A stretch of DNA of 64,000 nucleotides from NCBI GenBank assembly GCA_963667785.2, contig CAXXMU010000006.1, positions 1,056,001 through 1,120,000 on the forward strand. Direction: 5' to 3'. The notes beneath the pieces were generated by a model. The model worked only from the letters and a program-made list of their open reading frames with translations. It searched no databases and was not told the origin of the DNA. This document shows positions 40,327 to 50,230 of the stretch, in pieces. Position numbers and translations under genes: made by a program. This DNA is from Alphaproteobacteria bacterium. GTDB lineage: Bacteria; Pseudomonadota; Alphaproteobacteria; UBA828. Numbering within the stretch: position 1 is the first letter of the stretch; each line of letters starts with the position of its first letter.

Positions 40327-41333
40327 GATGCGGCCCCCGGGCCTGCGCCTGCGGCGCCTTCCTCCGCCTGGACGGCGTGGCAGACGGCGACGGACCCGGT
40401 CGCGGTCTCGACCCAGGGCGGGTCCTGCTCGCCGCAGACATCCATCGCCTTCACGCAGCGGTCGCGGAAGGCGCAGCCCGGCGGCGGGTCGATGGGGATC
40501 GGCGGCAGGCCCGAAATCGAGCGGAGCTCGGATTCGCGCGAATCGTCGAGCTTGATGATCGAATCCAGCAGGCCGAGGGTGTAGGGGTGCCGGGGGTTGC
40601 GGAAGATCGTCTTCACGTCGCCGTATTCGACCATGCGCCCGGAATACATCACCAGCACCTCGTCGGCCATGGCCGAGACGACGCCGAGGTCGTGGGTGAT
40701 GAGGATCATGGCGCTGCCGAGCTTCTTCTGGATGTCGGACAGCAGGCGCAGGATCTGCGCCTGGATGGTGACGTCGAGCGCGGTGGTGGGCTCGTCGGCG
40801 ATGAGGATGTCGGGCTCGCAGGCGATGGCGATGGCGATCAGCACGCGCTGGCGCATCCCGCCCGAGAACTGGTGCGGGTAGTCGGCGAGCCGCCCCTCGG
40901 GCTCCGGGATGCCGACGAGGCGCATGAGCTCCACCGCGCGGGCGCGGGCCTCGTCGGCGCTCGCGCCGGTATGCGCCCTGATGGTCTCGACGATCTGCTC
41001 GCCGATCGTGAAGACCGGGTTGAGCGAGGTCATCGGGTCCTGGAAGATCATGCCGATGCGGTTCCCGCGCAGATCCTCCATCTCGTGCTCGGTGAGCGCG
41101 AGGAGGTCCTGGTCGCGAAAGGAGATGGCGCCGTCGACGATCCGCCCCGGCGGCTCGATCAGACGCATGATCGACTGCGCCGTCACGCTCTTGCCCGAGC
41201 CGGATTCGCCGACGATGCAGAGCACGCGGCCGGCCTGAAGCTCGAAGGAGAGCCCGTCCACCGCCTTGAGCATGCCGGTGCGGAGCCTGAAGTGGGTGCG
41301 CAGGCCGCGGACGCTGAGGATCGACTCGCTCAC
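40323..41333 (-). CDS. Dipeptide/oligopeptide ABC ATP-binding protein (DppD/OppD-like)
   Basis: [36 protein letters not shown]. Confidence 0.93.
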   Translation of the reverse strand: MSESILSVRGLRTHFRLRTGMLKAVDGLSFELQAGRVLCIVGESGSGKSVTAQSIMRLIEPPGRIVDGAISFRDQDLLALTEHEMEDLRGNRIGMIFQDPMTSLNPVFTIGEQIVETIRAHTGASADEARARAVELMRLVGIPEPEGRLADYPHQFSGGMRQRVLIAIAIACEPDILIADEPTTALDVTIQAQILRLLSDIQKKLGSAMILITHDLGVVSAMADEVLVMYSGRMVEYGDVKTIFRNPRHPYTLGLLDSIIKLDDSRESELRSISGLPPIPIDPPPGCAFRDRCVKAMDVCGEQDPPWVETATGSVAVCHAVQAEEGAAGAGPGAAS

Positions 41334-41345
41334 CGGGCGCCCCCC

Positions 41346-42272
41346 TCAGCGCACCCTGGCGCGCGGGTCGAGCGCGTCGCGCAGCCCGTCGCCGACGAAG
41401 GAGAACGCGAGCGAGACGATGACGATGATGAAGCCGGGGAAGGCCGTGGCGTGCGGCGCCTTCTTCAGCACCGCGCGGCCGTCGGAGACCATCGTGCCCC
41501 AGTCGGCGTCCGGCGGCTGGATGCCGAGGCCGAGGAAGGAGAGGCCGGAGCCCACCACCATCATCAGGCCGATCAGCGTCGTCGAGTAGACGATCACCGG
41601 CGCCAGCATGTTGGGCAGGATATAGCGGGCGAGGATGGTGGGCGTCGTGGCGCCGCCGGCGCGCGCGGCCTCGATATAGGGCTCCTGCTTGACCGAGACC
41701 GTGGTGGTTCGCACCAGCCTCGATATGTAGGGCACCAGCGCCACGGTGATGGAGAGGATCAGCGTGGCGACGCCCGGGTTGAGGATGCCGGCGATGACGA
41801 TGGCGAGCAGCACCAGGGGAAAGGCGAAGAAGACGTCGAGGACGCGCATCACCACCTGGTCCACCCAGCCGCCGACGTAGCCCGCGACGAGGCCGAGCAC
41901 GACGGCGATGAAGGTGGCCGCCACGGTCGGGACCACGCCGATGAGCAGCGACACCCGCCCGCCCCAGAAGAGGCGGGAGAGCATGTCGCGGCCGTCCATG
42001 TCGCCGCCGAGGACGAGGCCGTCGGTGCCGGGGAGCCCGCCGCGCGTGCCCACCGCCTCGGTCGGGTCGTGCGGGCTGATGTAGGGCGCGAGAATGGAGA
42101 TCAGCACCACGATGGCGAGGAAGATCAGCGCGCCGACCGCGGCCTTGTCCTTGGCATAGGCGTGCCAGGCGAGCGTGAGCGTCCGCCACATGATGTGGAG
42201 GTTCTCGCGGCGCAGCTCGGCCGCGGACCGCTGCCGCGTCGAGCGTCCGTGCAGGGTGGGCTCTACGGTCAT
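41346..42272 (-). CDS. Peptide ABC transporter permease (DppC-like)
   Basis: GRDMLSRL, YIEAARAGG, LSFLGLGIQPP, GDGLRDALDP. Confidence 0.93.
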   Translation of the reverse strand: MTVEPTLHGRSTRQRSAAELRRENLHIMWRTLTLAWHAYAKDKAAVGALIFLAIVVLISILAPYISPHDPTEAVGTRGGLPGTDGLVLGGDMDGRDMLSRLFWGGRVSLLIGVVPTVAATFIAVVLGLVAGYVGGWVDQVVMRVLDVFFAFPLVLLAIVIAGILNPGVATLILSITVALVPYISRLVRTTTVSVKQEPYIEAARAGGATTPTILARYILPNMLAPVIVYSTTLIGLMMVVGSGLSFLGLGIQPPDADWGTMVSDGRAVLKKAPHATAFPGFIIVIVSLAFSFVGDGLRDALDPRARVR

Positions 42273-43237
42273 CGCGAGCGCACGCCCTCGGAGATGCGGA
42301 TCTTGGGGTCGGTGTAGGCGTTGAACACGTCGACCGCGAGGTTCACCAGCACGAAGGCGACCGCGATGATCAGCGAGGCGCCCTGGATGGTGGGGATGTC
42401 GCGCGCCTGGATCGCCTGCCAGAGCTGATAGCCGATCCCCGGCCAGGCGAAGATGACCTCGACGAAGAGCACCCCGCCCAGCAGGTAGCCGAGCTGCAGC
42501 CCGCAGATCGTGGCGATGGGCGGGAGCGCGTTGCGAAGCGCGTGCTTGCGCAGGATCACCCCGCGCCGGATGCCCTTGGCGCGAGCGACCTTGATGTAGT
42601 TCTGGCTCAGGATCTCGAGCATGGTCGCGCGTACGGTGCGCGCGATGATCGCCGCCGGCGCCGCGCCGGCGGCGATGGTTGGCAGGATCAGATGCAGGAT
42701 CACGTCGATCGGCCCGCCGCCGCCGACGATCTTGGTCATGCCCGTCGCCGGCAGCCAGCGCCAGGTCAGCGAGAACAGCAGCACCAGCAGCAGCCCGAAC
42801 CAGTAGGGCGGGATGCTGCCGAACATGAGGGTGCCGGCGATGGTAAATCGGTCGAAATAGCCGTAGGGCCTGGACGCCGCGAATATGCCGGCGAAGAGCC
42901 CGATGACATAGGCAAGCGCTGCGCTGGTGAGCGCGAGGATCGCGGAGTTCGCGAACTTCGGGAAGATCAGCTCGGCGACCATGCGCCGGTTGGCAATGGA
43001 CTTGCCGAACTCGCCCTGGAGGATGTGGCTCAGCCACTTGCCGTACTGGACCGGGAGCGGCTCGTTGAGCCCGAGGGACTCGCGGATCTGCTCGCGCACC
43101 TCCTCGGTGGCGTAGGGGCCCGTCAGCGTGGTGGTGACGTCGCCGGGCGCGAGATGGGCAAGAATGAAGACGAAGAACGACACCCCGAACATGATCGGGA
43201 TGATCGTGAGGAGGCGCATGACGATGAACCGCGTCAT
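42269..43237 (-). CDS. Peptide ABC transporter permease (DppB-like)
   Basis: APGD, PLPVQY, YIKVARAKG, HALRNAL, DPKI. Confidence 0.93.
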   Translation of the reverse strand: MTRFIVMRLLTIIPIMFGVSFFVFILAHLAPGDVTTTLTGPYATEEVREQIRESLGLNEPLPVQYGKWLSHILQGEFGKSIANRRMVAELIFPKFANSAILALTSAALAYVIGLFAGIFAASRPYGYFDRFTIAGTLMFGSIPPYWFGLLLVLLFSLTWRWLPATGMTKIVGGGGPIDVILHLILPTIAAGAAPAAIIARTVRATMLEILSQNYIKVARAKGIRRGVILRKHALRNALPPIATICGLQLGYLLGGVLFVEVIFAWPGIGYQLWQAIQARDIPTIQGASLIIAVAFVLVNLAVDVFNAYTDPKIRISEGVRSR

Positions 43238-43374
43238 GGGGCGGCGGCGCCTCCCGTTGGTGAGCGAAGCGTCACGGTAGCGGACTCTCGGTCGCCGCGG
43301 CGCCGGCCCGCGCCGCAGGCAGCCGGCCGCCGGGCACTACGCCCGGCGGCCCCACTCGCTGCTGTCAGCGATCC

Positions 43375-44973
43375 CTACTCCTCGACGTGGGGCAGGGTGA
43401 AGTCGTACCAGTTCTCCTGGCCGTTGACGAAGCCCTTCACGTTGGGCGCCAGCAGGATCGGATTGGCGTAGCTGAACACCGGGAGGAAGGCGACGTCTTC
43501 CTCCATGATGATGCGGTTGGCCTCGCGATAGAGCTTCGTGGCCTCGGCCTGATCCTTGGTCTGGATCGCCTGCTGATAGAGCGCATCGACCGCCTCGTTG
43601 CAGTACCAGCCGCCGTTGATGCCGTTCGGCGGATGATGGTCGCAACGGGTGGCGTGGGCGGTCCAGTAAGGCACCGACCAGCCCCAGCCCATGCTGTTCA
43701 TCGCCACGGTCTCGGGCATGCCCTGGAGCCACTTGCCGAGGTAGGTCATCCACTCCAGCTTCTCCAGCTTGAGGTCGATGCCGATCTTCTTGAGATCGCG
43801 CTGGACCCACTTCTCCCAGGCCTCGTTCCAGCCGTAGTCGAAGATCTCGAAGGTGAGCTCCAGCCCGTCCCCGTAGCCGGCCTCGGCCAGCAGCGCCTTC
43901 GCACCCTCGGGATCGTACGGATAGGGCGCGTAGTCGGGATCGTAGGCGAAGGTGCCGGCGGAGAGCATGCCGTGCTCGGCCTTGCCGGTGCCTCTCAGCA
44001 CCTCGCGGGCCACGCCTTCGCGGTCGATCGCCATGTTGATCGCCCTGCGCACGCGTACGTCCTGAAGCGCCGGGTGCTTCATGTTGAACGCGGCGTACCA
44101 GACCGAAGGCACGTTGGGCTGCAGCAGGAGCTGGAAGCCCTCGTCCACCAGGTTCTCGATCTCGTCCCAGGTGGGCTCGGTGACCATGTTGATCTCGCCG
44201 GCCCGAAGCGCCGCGATACGCGTCGCGGGGTCGGTGATCTGGCGATAGACCATGTAGTCGAGCTTCGCCGGCTCGCCGTAATAGTCCTCGTTGCGCTCGA
44301 GCACGACCATCACGTCGATCTCGCGCTCGACGAACTTGAACGGCCCGGTGCCGACCGGATGAAGCGCGATGTCCTGATCGCCGTGAATCTCCCACGCGGT
44401 CGGGCTGATCATCTCCGGCTGCCCGCAGGAGGACTGGCCGATCTGCAGCCACTCGTAGTGCGGCTGGGTGAGCACGATCTCGAAGGTGTGCTCGTCGACC
44501 GCGCGGGTGGACGCGATCCAGCGCGCGTAGAAGTTCAGGTAGGCGTTGGCGACCTCGTTGTACTGCGGCGCGTCGGGGTTGGAGAAGCGGTCGTAGTTCC
44601 ACTTCGCCACCTCGGCGTTGAACGGCGTGCCGTCGTGGAAATTCACGCCCTTGCGCAGGTTGAAGGTATAGGTCTTGCCGTCCTCGGAGACGGTCCAGGA
44701 CTCGGCGAGAGCCGGCCTGAGCGTCGCCCACCCCTTCTCCGGCTTGCCGAGCTCCAGCTCGACCAGGCCGTCGAAGATCATGTGGGTGGCGTTCTTCGTG
44801 AGCCAGCCGCAGGACTGCGGCGGGTCGAACAGGCTCATCGCCGCCGGTATCGACCAGATCAGCGTTCCGCCTTCGGCCTTGGCGGACTTGGTGTCGAGCG
44901 CGCCCAGCGCCATGGAGACGCCGGCTACGGTCACGGCGCCTGCCACGGCCACCGTTCGCAACGATCGAAACAT
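43375..44973 (-). CDS. Peptide/nickel ABC substrate-binding protein (family 5)
   Basis: LAESWTVSEDGKTYTFNLRKGVNFHDGTPF, PVGTGPF, YDPEGAKALLAEAG. Confidence 0.93.
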   Translation of the reverse strand: MFRSLRTVAVAGAVTVAGVSMALGALDTKSAKAEGGTLIWSIPAAMSLFDPPQSCGWLTKNATHMIFDGLVELELGKPEKGWATLRPALAESWTVSEDGKTYTFNLRKGVNFHDGTPFNAEVAKWNYDRFSNPDAPQYNEVANAYLNFYARWIASTRAVDEHTFEIVLTQPHYEWLQIGQSSCGQPEMISPTAWEIHGDQDIALHPVGTGPFKFVEREIDVMVVLERNEDYYGEPAKLDYMVYRQITDPATRIAALRAGEINMVTEPTWDEIENLVDEGFQLLLQPNVPSVWYAAFNMKHPALQDVRVRRAINMAIDREGVAREVLRGTGKAEHGMLSAGTFAYDPDYAPYPYDPEGAKALLAEAGYGDGLELTFEIFDYGWNEAWEKWVQRDLKKIGIDLKLEKLEWMTYLGKWLQGMPETVAMNSMGWGWSVPYWTAHATRCDHHPPNGINGGWYCNEAVDALYQQAIQTKDQAEATKLYREANRIIMEEDVAFLPVFSYANPILLAPNVKGFVNGQENWYDFTLPHVEE

Positions 44974-45098
44974 GTGTGATCTCCCTCCCAGTCTCATGCG
45001 TGCCGCAGGCAGTCTCCTCGTCCGCCCGCTGGCGCGCCCGCAGCGTACAACCGACCGCCGCCGCCCCCAAGGGGCGAATTGCGCCCGGCACGCCCCGC

Positions 45099-46535
45099 TC
45101 AGAGCGGCGGGCGGTGGTGCGCCCAGGGCCGCGCGCGCTCGTAGTCGGCGGCGGCGCGGAAGACCGATACGTCGTCATAGGTGCGGCCCACGATCTGGAC
45201 GCCGGTCGGCACCCCGTTCGAGCCGAAACCGCTCGGCACGCTCGCCACCGGGCACTCGGCCATCAGGTTGAACGGATAGTTGAGCTGCCACTGCACGTAG
45301 AGGTCGCCGGGGTGGTTGGAGCCGGTGAGCGGCTTGCCGTTGATGCGGAGTTCGGTGTCGCTCAGATCCTGGTCGATGGGCAGCCCCGGCAGCGCGTTGG
45401 TCGGGCAGATCAGGATGTCGTGCTCCTCCAGGATGGGCGCGAGGGTGCGGTACATCTCTCCGCGCACCAGATTGGTGCGGTAGAAGCGCGAGAGGCTGTG
45501 CTGGGCGCCGCGCTCGAGGATGCCGCGCACGAAGCCTTCGAGGTCGTACTTCAGGCGCGGATAGTCCGGGCCCACCAGTGCCCAGAAGAGCCCTTCCCAG
45601 ATGACGGTCCAGGCGTCGAGCACGGCCGTGCTCCAGCCGAGCTCCACCTCGTTCACCGTGCAGCCGAGGTCCTTGAAGGTCTGCAGCGCATCGCGCGTGT
45701 TCGCCTGGACCTCTTCGTCCACTTCGATGTAGCCGAGGTCCATGGAGAACGCGATCTTCCACCCCTTGATCGGCTCCAGCGTGTCCGGAATCTCGAGCTT
45801 GGGACGGATCGAGCAGATGTCGTCCGGGTGGGGACCCGCCATCACGTTCTGCATCAGGGCGGCGTCGGCGACGCTGCGGGTCATGGGGCCGTAGTGCAGG
45901 AGGGATTCGCGCGGATGGTCGCGGTCGGTGGGGTTGCGGCCGAAGGGCGGCTTGAAGCCGAATATGCCGCAGGAGCCGGCGGGGATGCGGATCGAGCCGC
46001 CGCCGTCGGTGCCGTCGGCGAGCGTGGTCATGCCGGTGGCGATCGCCGCGCCCGCGCCGCCCGAGGAGCCGCCCGGGCCATAGTCGAGATTCCACGGATT
46101 GCGGGTGGCGCCCCAGAGCTCGCTTCGCGTGTGCGGCGCGTGGGCCATTTCCGGCGTGGTCGTACGCGCATGCATGATCCCGCCGGCGTCGAGCAGGCGC
46201 TCCACCGTCGGCGCCGAGAAGTCGGGCACGTGGTCGGCGAAGATGCGCGAGCCGAAGGTGGTGATCTCGCCCTTGACCGGGTGGAAGTCCTTGATGACGA
46301 CCGGCACCCCTTCCAGCGGGCGCGTCTCGGCCCCCGACGCGTAGGCCTGCTCTGCCGCCCGCGCCTGCTCCAGCGCGCGCTCGTAGAAGGTGTAGGTGTA
46401 GGCGTTGACCTTGGGATTCACCTCCTCCGAGCGGGCGATGACGGCGGACACGAGCTCGACCGGCGAAAGCGTCTTCGCCCGGAACCGCCCGATCGCCTCG
46501 GTTGCGGTCATGTAGCAGAGTTCGTCGGTTGCCAT
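45099..46535 (-). CDS. Amidase signature family enzyme
   Basis: VIKD (Lys), GGSSGG, GTDGGGSIRIP. Confidence 0.93.
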   Translation of the reverse strand: MATDELCYMTATEAIGRFRAKTLSPVELVSAVIARSEEVNPKVNAYTYTFYERALEQARAAEQAYASGAETRPLEGVPVVIKDFHPVKGEITTFGSRIFADHVPDFSAPTVERLLDAGGIMHARTTTPEMAHAPHTRSELWGATRNPWNLDYGPGGSSGGAGAAIATGMTTLADGTDGGGSIRIPAGSCGIFGFKPPFGRNPTDRDHPRESLLHYGPMTRSVADAALMQNVMAGPHPDDICSIRPKLEIPDTLEPIKGWKIAFSMDLGYIEVDEEVQANTRDALQTFKDLGCTVNEVELGWSTAVLDAWTVIWEGLFWALVGPDYPRLKYDLEGFVRGILERGAQHSLSRFYRTNLVRGEMYRTLAPILEEHDILICPTNALPGLPIDQDLSDTELRINGKPLTGSNHPGDLYVQWQLNYPFNLMAECPVASVPSGFGSNGVPTGVQIVGRTYDDVSVFRAAADYERARPWAHHRPPL

Positions 46536-46704
46536 CGAAGCCTCCAGTTGTCGGTCCATCGGGTTTCAGGGCCGAGCATATCCGCAAGCAGGCCCGGGCG
46601 AAGACCGATTTCTCGCCCGGCTGCGGGAGCGGCTGGGGCGGCGGTTGCGCCGGCGGCCGATCCGCGCGAGCCTCGGGCGATCTCAACCCTCGGGAGGCGG
46701 TGTC

Positions 46705-47367
46705 ATGGCGGCGAAGCGTGTGGTGTTGACCGGCTACGAGCCCTGGTCTCATGCGAGCGAGAACCCCACCCTCGAGCTGCTCGACAGGGCGCGGGAGCGC
46801 AACTTCGCCGACATCGAGCTGATCGCGCTCCGCGTGCCGGTGGACAGCACGCAGATCGTGCCGCTGGTGGCCGAAGCCCTCGACACTCACCGGCCGGACA
46901 TTTGGATCAGCCTCGGGCTCTTCCCCGGCAGCCCGGTCGTCGCGGTCGAGCGCACGGCGGCCAACGTCAAGGACTTCCCGGTGCCGGACAATGTCGAGGC
47001 CCAGCCGGTCGACGAGCCGGTGTTCGCGGACGCCCCCTTCGCCTACCGCTCGACGCTGCCGATCAAGGCCATGGTGGCGGAGATGAACGCACGCGCGATC
47101 CCGGCCAAGGTCTCGAATTCGGCGTCGACCTACCTCTGCAATCAGATCATGTACGCGGCGCTCCATCTCGCGCAGGAAAAGGCGCTCGCGACACGCGCGG
47201 GCTTCATCCACGTGCCCTGCAGCCCGGGCTACGTCGCCCGCGCCGCCTATCCCGAGCACGAACTGCCATCGATGAGCCTCGACCTGATGGCCGAGGCGGT
47301 CGATGCGGCCATCACCACGGCGGCAGGACGCGAGGACGACATCGCGATCCCGCCCAAGGGGTACTAG
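46705..47367 (+). CDS. pcp: Pyroglutamyl-peptidase I
   Basis: LTGYEPW..NP, AVER (Glu), YLCN (Cys), GFIHVP (His). Confidence 0.92.
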   Translation: MAAKRVVLTGYEPWSHASENPTLELLDRARERNFADIELIALRVPVDSTQIVPLVAEALDTHRPDIWISLGLFPGSPVVAVERTAANVKDFPVPDNVEAQPVDEPVFADAPFAYRSTLPIKAMVAEMNARAIPAKVSNSASTYLCNQIMYAALHLAQEKALATRAGFIHVPCSPGYVARAAYPEHELPSMSLDLMAEAVDAAITTAAGREDDIAIPPKGY

Positions 47368-47404
47368 CCCGCGTTTCTCGCCAGGATCACGGCCGGCCAA
47401 CGCG

Positions 47405-47693
47405 CGGCCGGGCCGCGCGACGACGACGACGCCGGGCCGTGACGGGCAGGAGTGCTCTTCCCCGGCGACGCCCCGGACCATGGTGCGCTGCACCGGTCGT
47501 GCCTCCGGTGCCAGTCTCGGCCCATGCGGCGCGAGAGCGAGCCTTGGCGGGCGGCGGCGGAATCGGCGGGCGTCCTGCGCCGGGCGCTGCGGCGGGGGGA
47601 GGCCCTGCCGGGAGCGCGCCACCGCCGGGCGCCGGCTTTGCCCCTTGTGTCGGTTTGTGCCGCATAAAATAAATTTGTTGGTGTGCCACTTCG
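47405..47693 (+). repeat. Long direct repeat D, copy 2
   Basis: Matches 38974-39303; ends in GGTGTGCCACTTCG. Confidence 0.92.
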
Positions 47694-47774
47694 AGGCGCC
47701 GTGAGGGCCGGCGGCCCCGCGTGGCCGGGGTGGCGCCGGGGCGCTATGGTGGTGCGCTCGCCCGAGAGGTGCCC

Positions 47775-48221
47775 ATGCTGACCGCTGAGATGCAGACCCT
47801 GATCAGGACCTTCTCCGCCGGCGCGGTGGCGACCGTGAACGCCGACGGCACGCCGTCGGTCTCGCCCAAGGCGACATTCGTGATCCTGAACGCGCAGATG
47901 CTTGCCTTCGGCCATATCCGCTCGCCGGGGACCGTCGCCAACCTGCGCCGCAACCCGGCGGTCGAGGTCTGCTTCACCGACATCGTGAGGCGCAGGGCCG
48001 TGCGGGTCGGCGGCACCGCTGCTGTGGTCCGTCGCGGCGACGCGGATGCCGCTCTCGACGCCGCCTTCGATGCGGCATGGGGCCTCTACCGGCCGCACAT
48101 GGGCGCCTACGTGACGATCGCCGTGACGGCGGCCGAGATGATCCTCTCGCCCGCCTACGATCTCGGCCTGAGCGAGGACGAGCTGCGAAGGACCAACCTC
48201 GAGAAGCTCAACGCGCTCTGA
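47775..48221 (+). CDS. Pyridoxamine 5'-phosphate oxidase family (FMN-binding split barrel) protein
   Basis: VATVNADGTPSVSPK, TVANLRRNPAVEV. Confidence 0.88.
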   Translation: MLTAEMQTLIRTFSAGAVATVNADGTPSVSPKATFVILNAQMLAFGHIRSPGTVANLRRNPAVEVCFTDIVRRRAVRVGGTAAVVRRGDADAALDAAFDAAWGLYRPHMGAYVTIAVTAAEMILSPAYDLGLSEDELRRTNLEKLNAL

Positions 48222-48355
48222 CGCTGCGTCTCCCTGCTCCCAAGAGTGCCCGCCGCCATCGCCGGCGGCTCCGCCGGTCGCCTGCGCGGGGCACCGGCCG
48301 GATCAGCGCGATTCCAATCCGCCGCCGATCGCTCTACCATTCCGGACGACGTGCG

Positions 48356-48511
48356 AGAGCGGGTCCGTCTGTGACGGACCCGCGACAGGCCGCGACCGCG
48401 GCCCGCCGCTCATGCGGTGCGCTCGCATCGTGCGCTCGGCGCGCGTGGGCGCGCGACGGCGCCGACCGGCGCGCGGAATCGCGGGACGGTCGGCTGCCGT
48501 GAGCGACAAAG
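48356..48511. repeat. Family A element, diverged partial copy 3
   Basis: AGAGCGGGTCCGTCTGTGACGGACCCGCGACAGGCCGCGA ... CGGCTGCCGTGAGCGACAAAG. Confidence 0.75.
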
Positions 48512-48527
48512 TGCCGGGGAGGACGCG

Positions 48528-49109
48528 ATGAAGACCATCGAGATCACAGCGGAAGAGATGGAGGGCCGGATCGCCCGTTACGACGCGCTGGAGCCGCTGC
48601 CGATCCAGCAGGACCCGGAGATCCCGCAGGAAGCCAACGACGTCATCTACGCGCGCAAGCTGCTCTCCGTCATCGGGCTCGGCGGCGACGTGGACACGCC
48701 GATCAACACGGGCGCGCCCATCGTGGATGCCGCCGGCATGACCATGACGCTCGCGGTCTGCCCGCCGGGGCAGGGGCCCTCGCTGCACGCCCATCACCAG
48801 ACCTACGAGACCTTCACCGTGCTCAAGGGCCGCTTCGAGGTGAGCTGGAACGACGACGGCAGCGAGCGGGTCGAGCTCGACGAGTTCGACACCATCTCGG
48901 TGCCTCCCAGGGTCAACCGCGCCTTCCGCAATATCGGCGAGAGCGAGGGCGTGCTGCAGGTGCTGATCACCGGCGGCGTGCACGACATGACCGATATCGA
49001 CATGGCGCCGTCCACCGCCGTCAGGCTCGATGCCATCCAGCCGGGCGTGAAGGAGAAGTTCGCGGCCAAGGGCCTCACCTTCACCGCCCGGAAGAGCGAG
49101 GCCGCCTGA
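48528..49109 (+). CDS. Cupin domain protein
   Basis: PPGQGPSLHAHHQTYETF, ISVPPRVNRAFRN. Confidence 0.85.
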   Translation: MKTIEITAEEMEGRIARYDALEPLPIQQDPEIPQEANDVIYARKLLSVIGLGGDVDTPINTGAPIVDAAGMTMTLAVCPPGQGPSLHAHHQTYETFTVLKGRFEVSWNDDGSERVELDEFDTISVPPRVNRAFRNIGESEGVLQVLITGGVHDMTDIDMAPSTAVRLDAIQPGVKEKFAAKGLTFTARKSEAA

Positions 49110-49138
49110 GCGGCACGCACGCGCGGGAGGGAGCCGCC

Positions 49139-50140
49139 ATGGAAAGCGTTCGTATCGGGGTGATCGGCCTCGGCTGGTTCGGCGAGGTCCATTGCGACGC
49201 GATCCAGGCAACGCCGGGCCTGGAGCTCGCCGGCCTCTGCACCCGCACCGAATCGCGGCTCGCGGAACTCGGCCGCAAGTACGGCGTCGACGTGCTGGAG
49301 ACCGATTACCGGGCGCTGCTCGCCCGCGACGATCTCGATGCGGTCAGCGTCGTCACCATGTGGGACCAGCACACGGAGCCGACGCTGGATGCGCTCGCGG
49401 CGGGCAAGCACGTCTTCCTCGAGAAGCCGATGGCGTCGACGGTGGACGACTGCGCGAAGATCGTGGCGGCGGCGGACGCGGCGCCGGGCTTCCTCATGGT
49501 GGGCCACATCTGCCGCTTCAACCCGCGCTACGCCGCGGCCAAGCGCGAGATCGAGGCGGGCAACATCGGGCGCATCGTGGCGCTCAGCTCGCGCCGCAAC
49601 ATCCCGGCGGCGTGGACGCCGGAGATCCTGAACAAGATCGGGCCGATCATCGGCGACGCCATCCACGACACCGACCTGATGCTGTGGTTCACCGGCGCCA
49701 GCGTGGTGAGCGCCTACGCGCAGACGGTGGACGTGCGGGGCCTGAAGCATCCCGACATCGGCCAGACCATGTACCGCTTCGATTCAGGCGCCACGGCGAC
49801 GCTGGAGACGGTCTGGTGCATGCCGGAGAAGACCCCCTTCGACATCGACGAGCGCATGTCGATCATCGGCACCGAGGGCTTCATCCACATCCAGGACACC
49901 TTCCCCAACATCGGCATCTGCACCAAGGACGGCTTCAGGAGCCCGGACACCACCTACTGGCCGGCGCTGCACGGCGCGCTCTCGGGCGCGCTCCGCGAGG
50001 AGTTCCTCTACTTCGCCCGCTGCGTCCGGGAGGGCACGCCGCCCAGCATCATCACGCCGGAGGAATCGATGGCGGCGGTGAGGACCACGCTCGCCGCCGA
50101 GCGTTCGGCGGCCACCGGCGAGGTGGTCCGGCTCGACTAG
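49139..50140 (+). CDS. Gfo/Idh/MocA family oxidoreductase
   Basis: IGVIGLGWFG, GKHVFLEKPMA, DAIHDTD. Confidence 0.93.
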   Translation: MESVRIGVIGLGWFGEVHCDAIQATPGLELAGLCTRTESRLAELGRKYGVDVLETDYRALLARDDLDAVSVVTMWDQHTEPTLDALAAGKHVFLEKPMASTVDDCAKIVAAADAAPGFLMVGHICRFNPRYAAAKREIEAGNIGRIVALSSRRNIPAAWTPEILNKIGPIIGDAIHDTDLMLWFTGASVVSAYAQTVDVRGLKHPDIGQTMYRFDSGATATLETVWCMPEKTPFDIDERMSIIGTEGFIHIQDTFPNIGICTKDGFRSPDTTYWPALHGALSGALREEFLYFARCVREGTPPSIITPEESMAAVRTTLAAERSAATGEVVRLD

Positions 50141-50230
50141 GCACCTGGCCGGCGGCGCATTGACGCGCTTCTGCCTTCGGGCGAGCATGAACGGCCCCGC
50201 GAGCGCGCGGGACTCAGGGAGGATCGGGAC

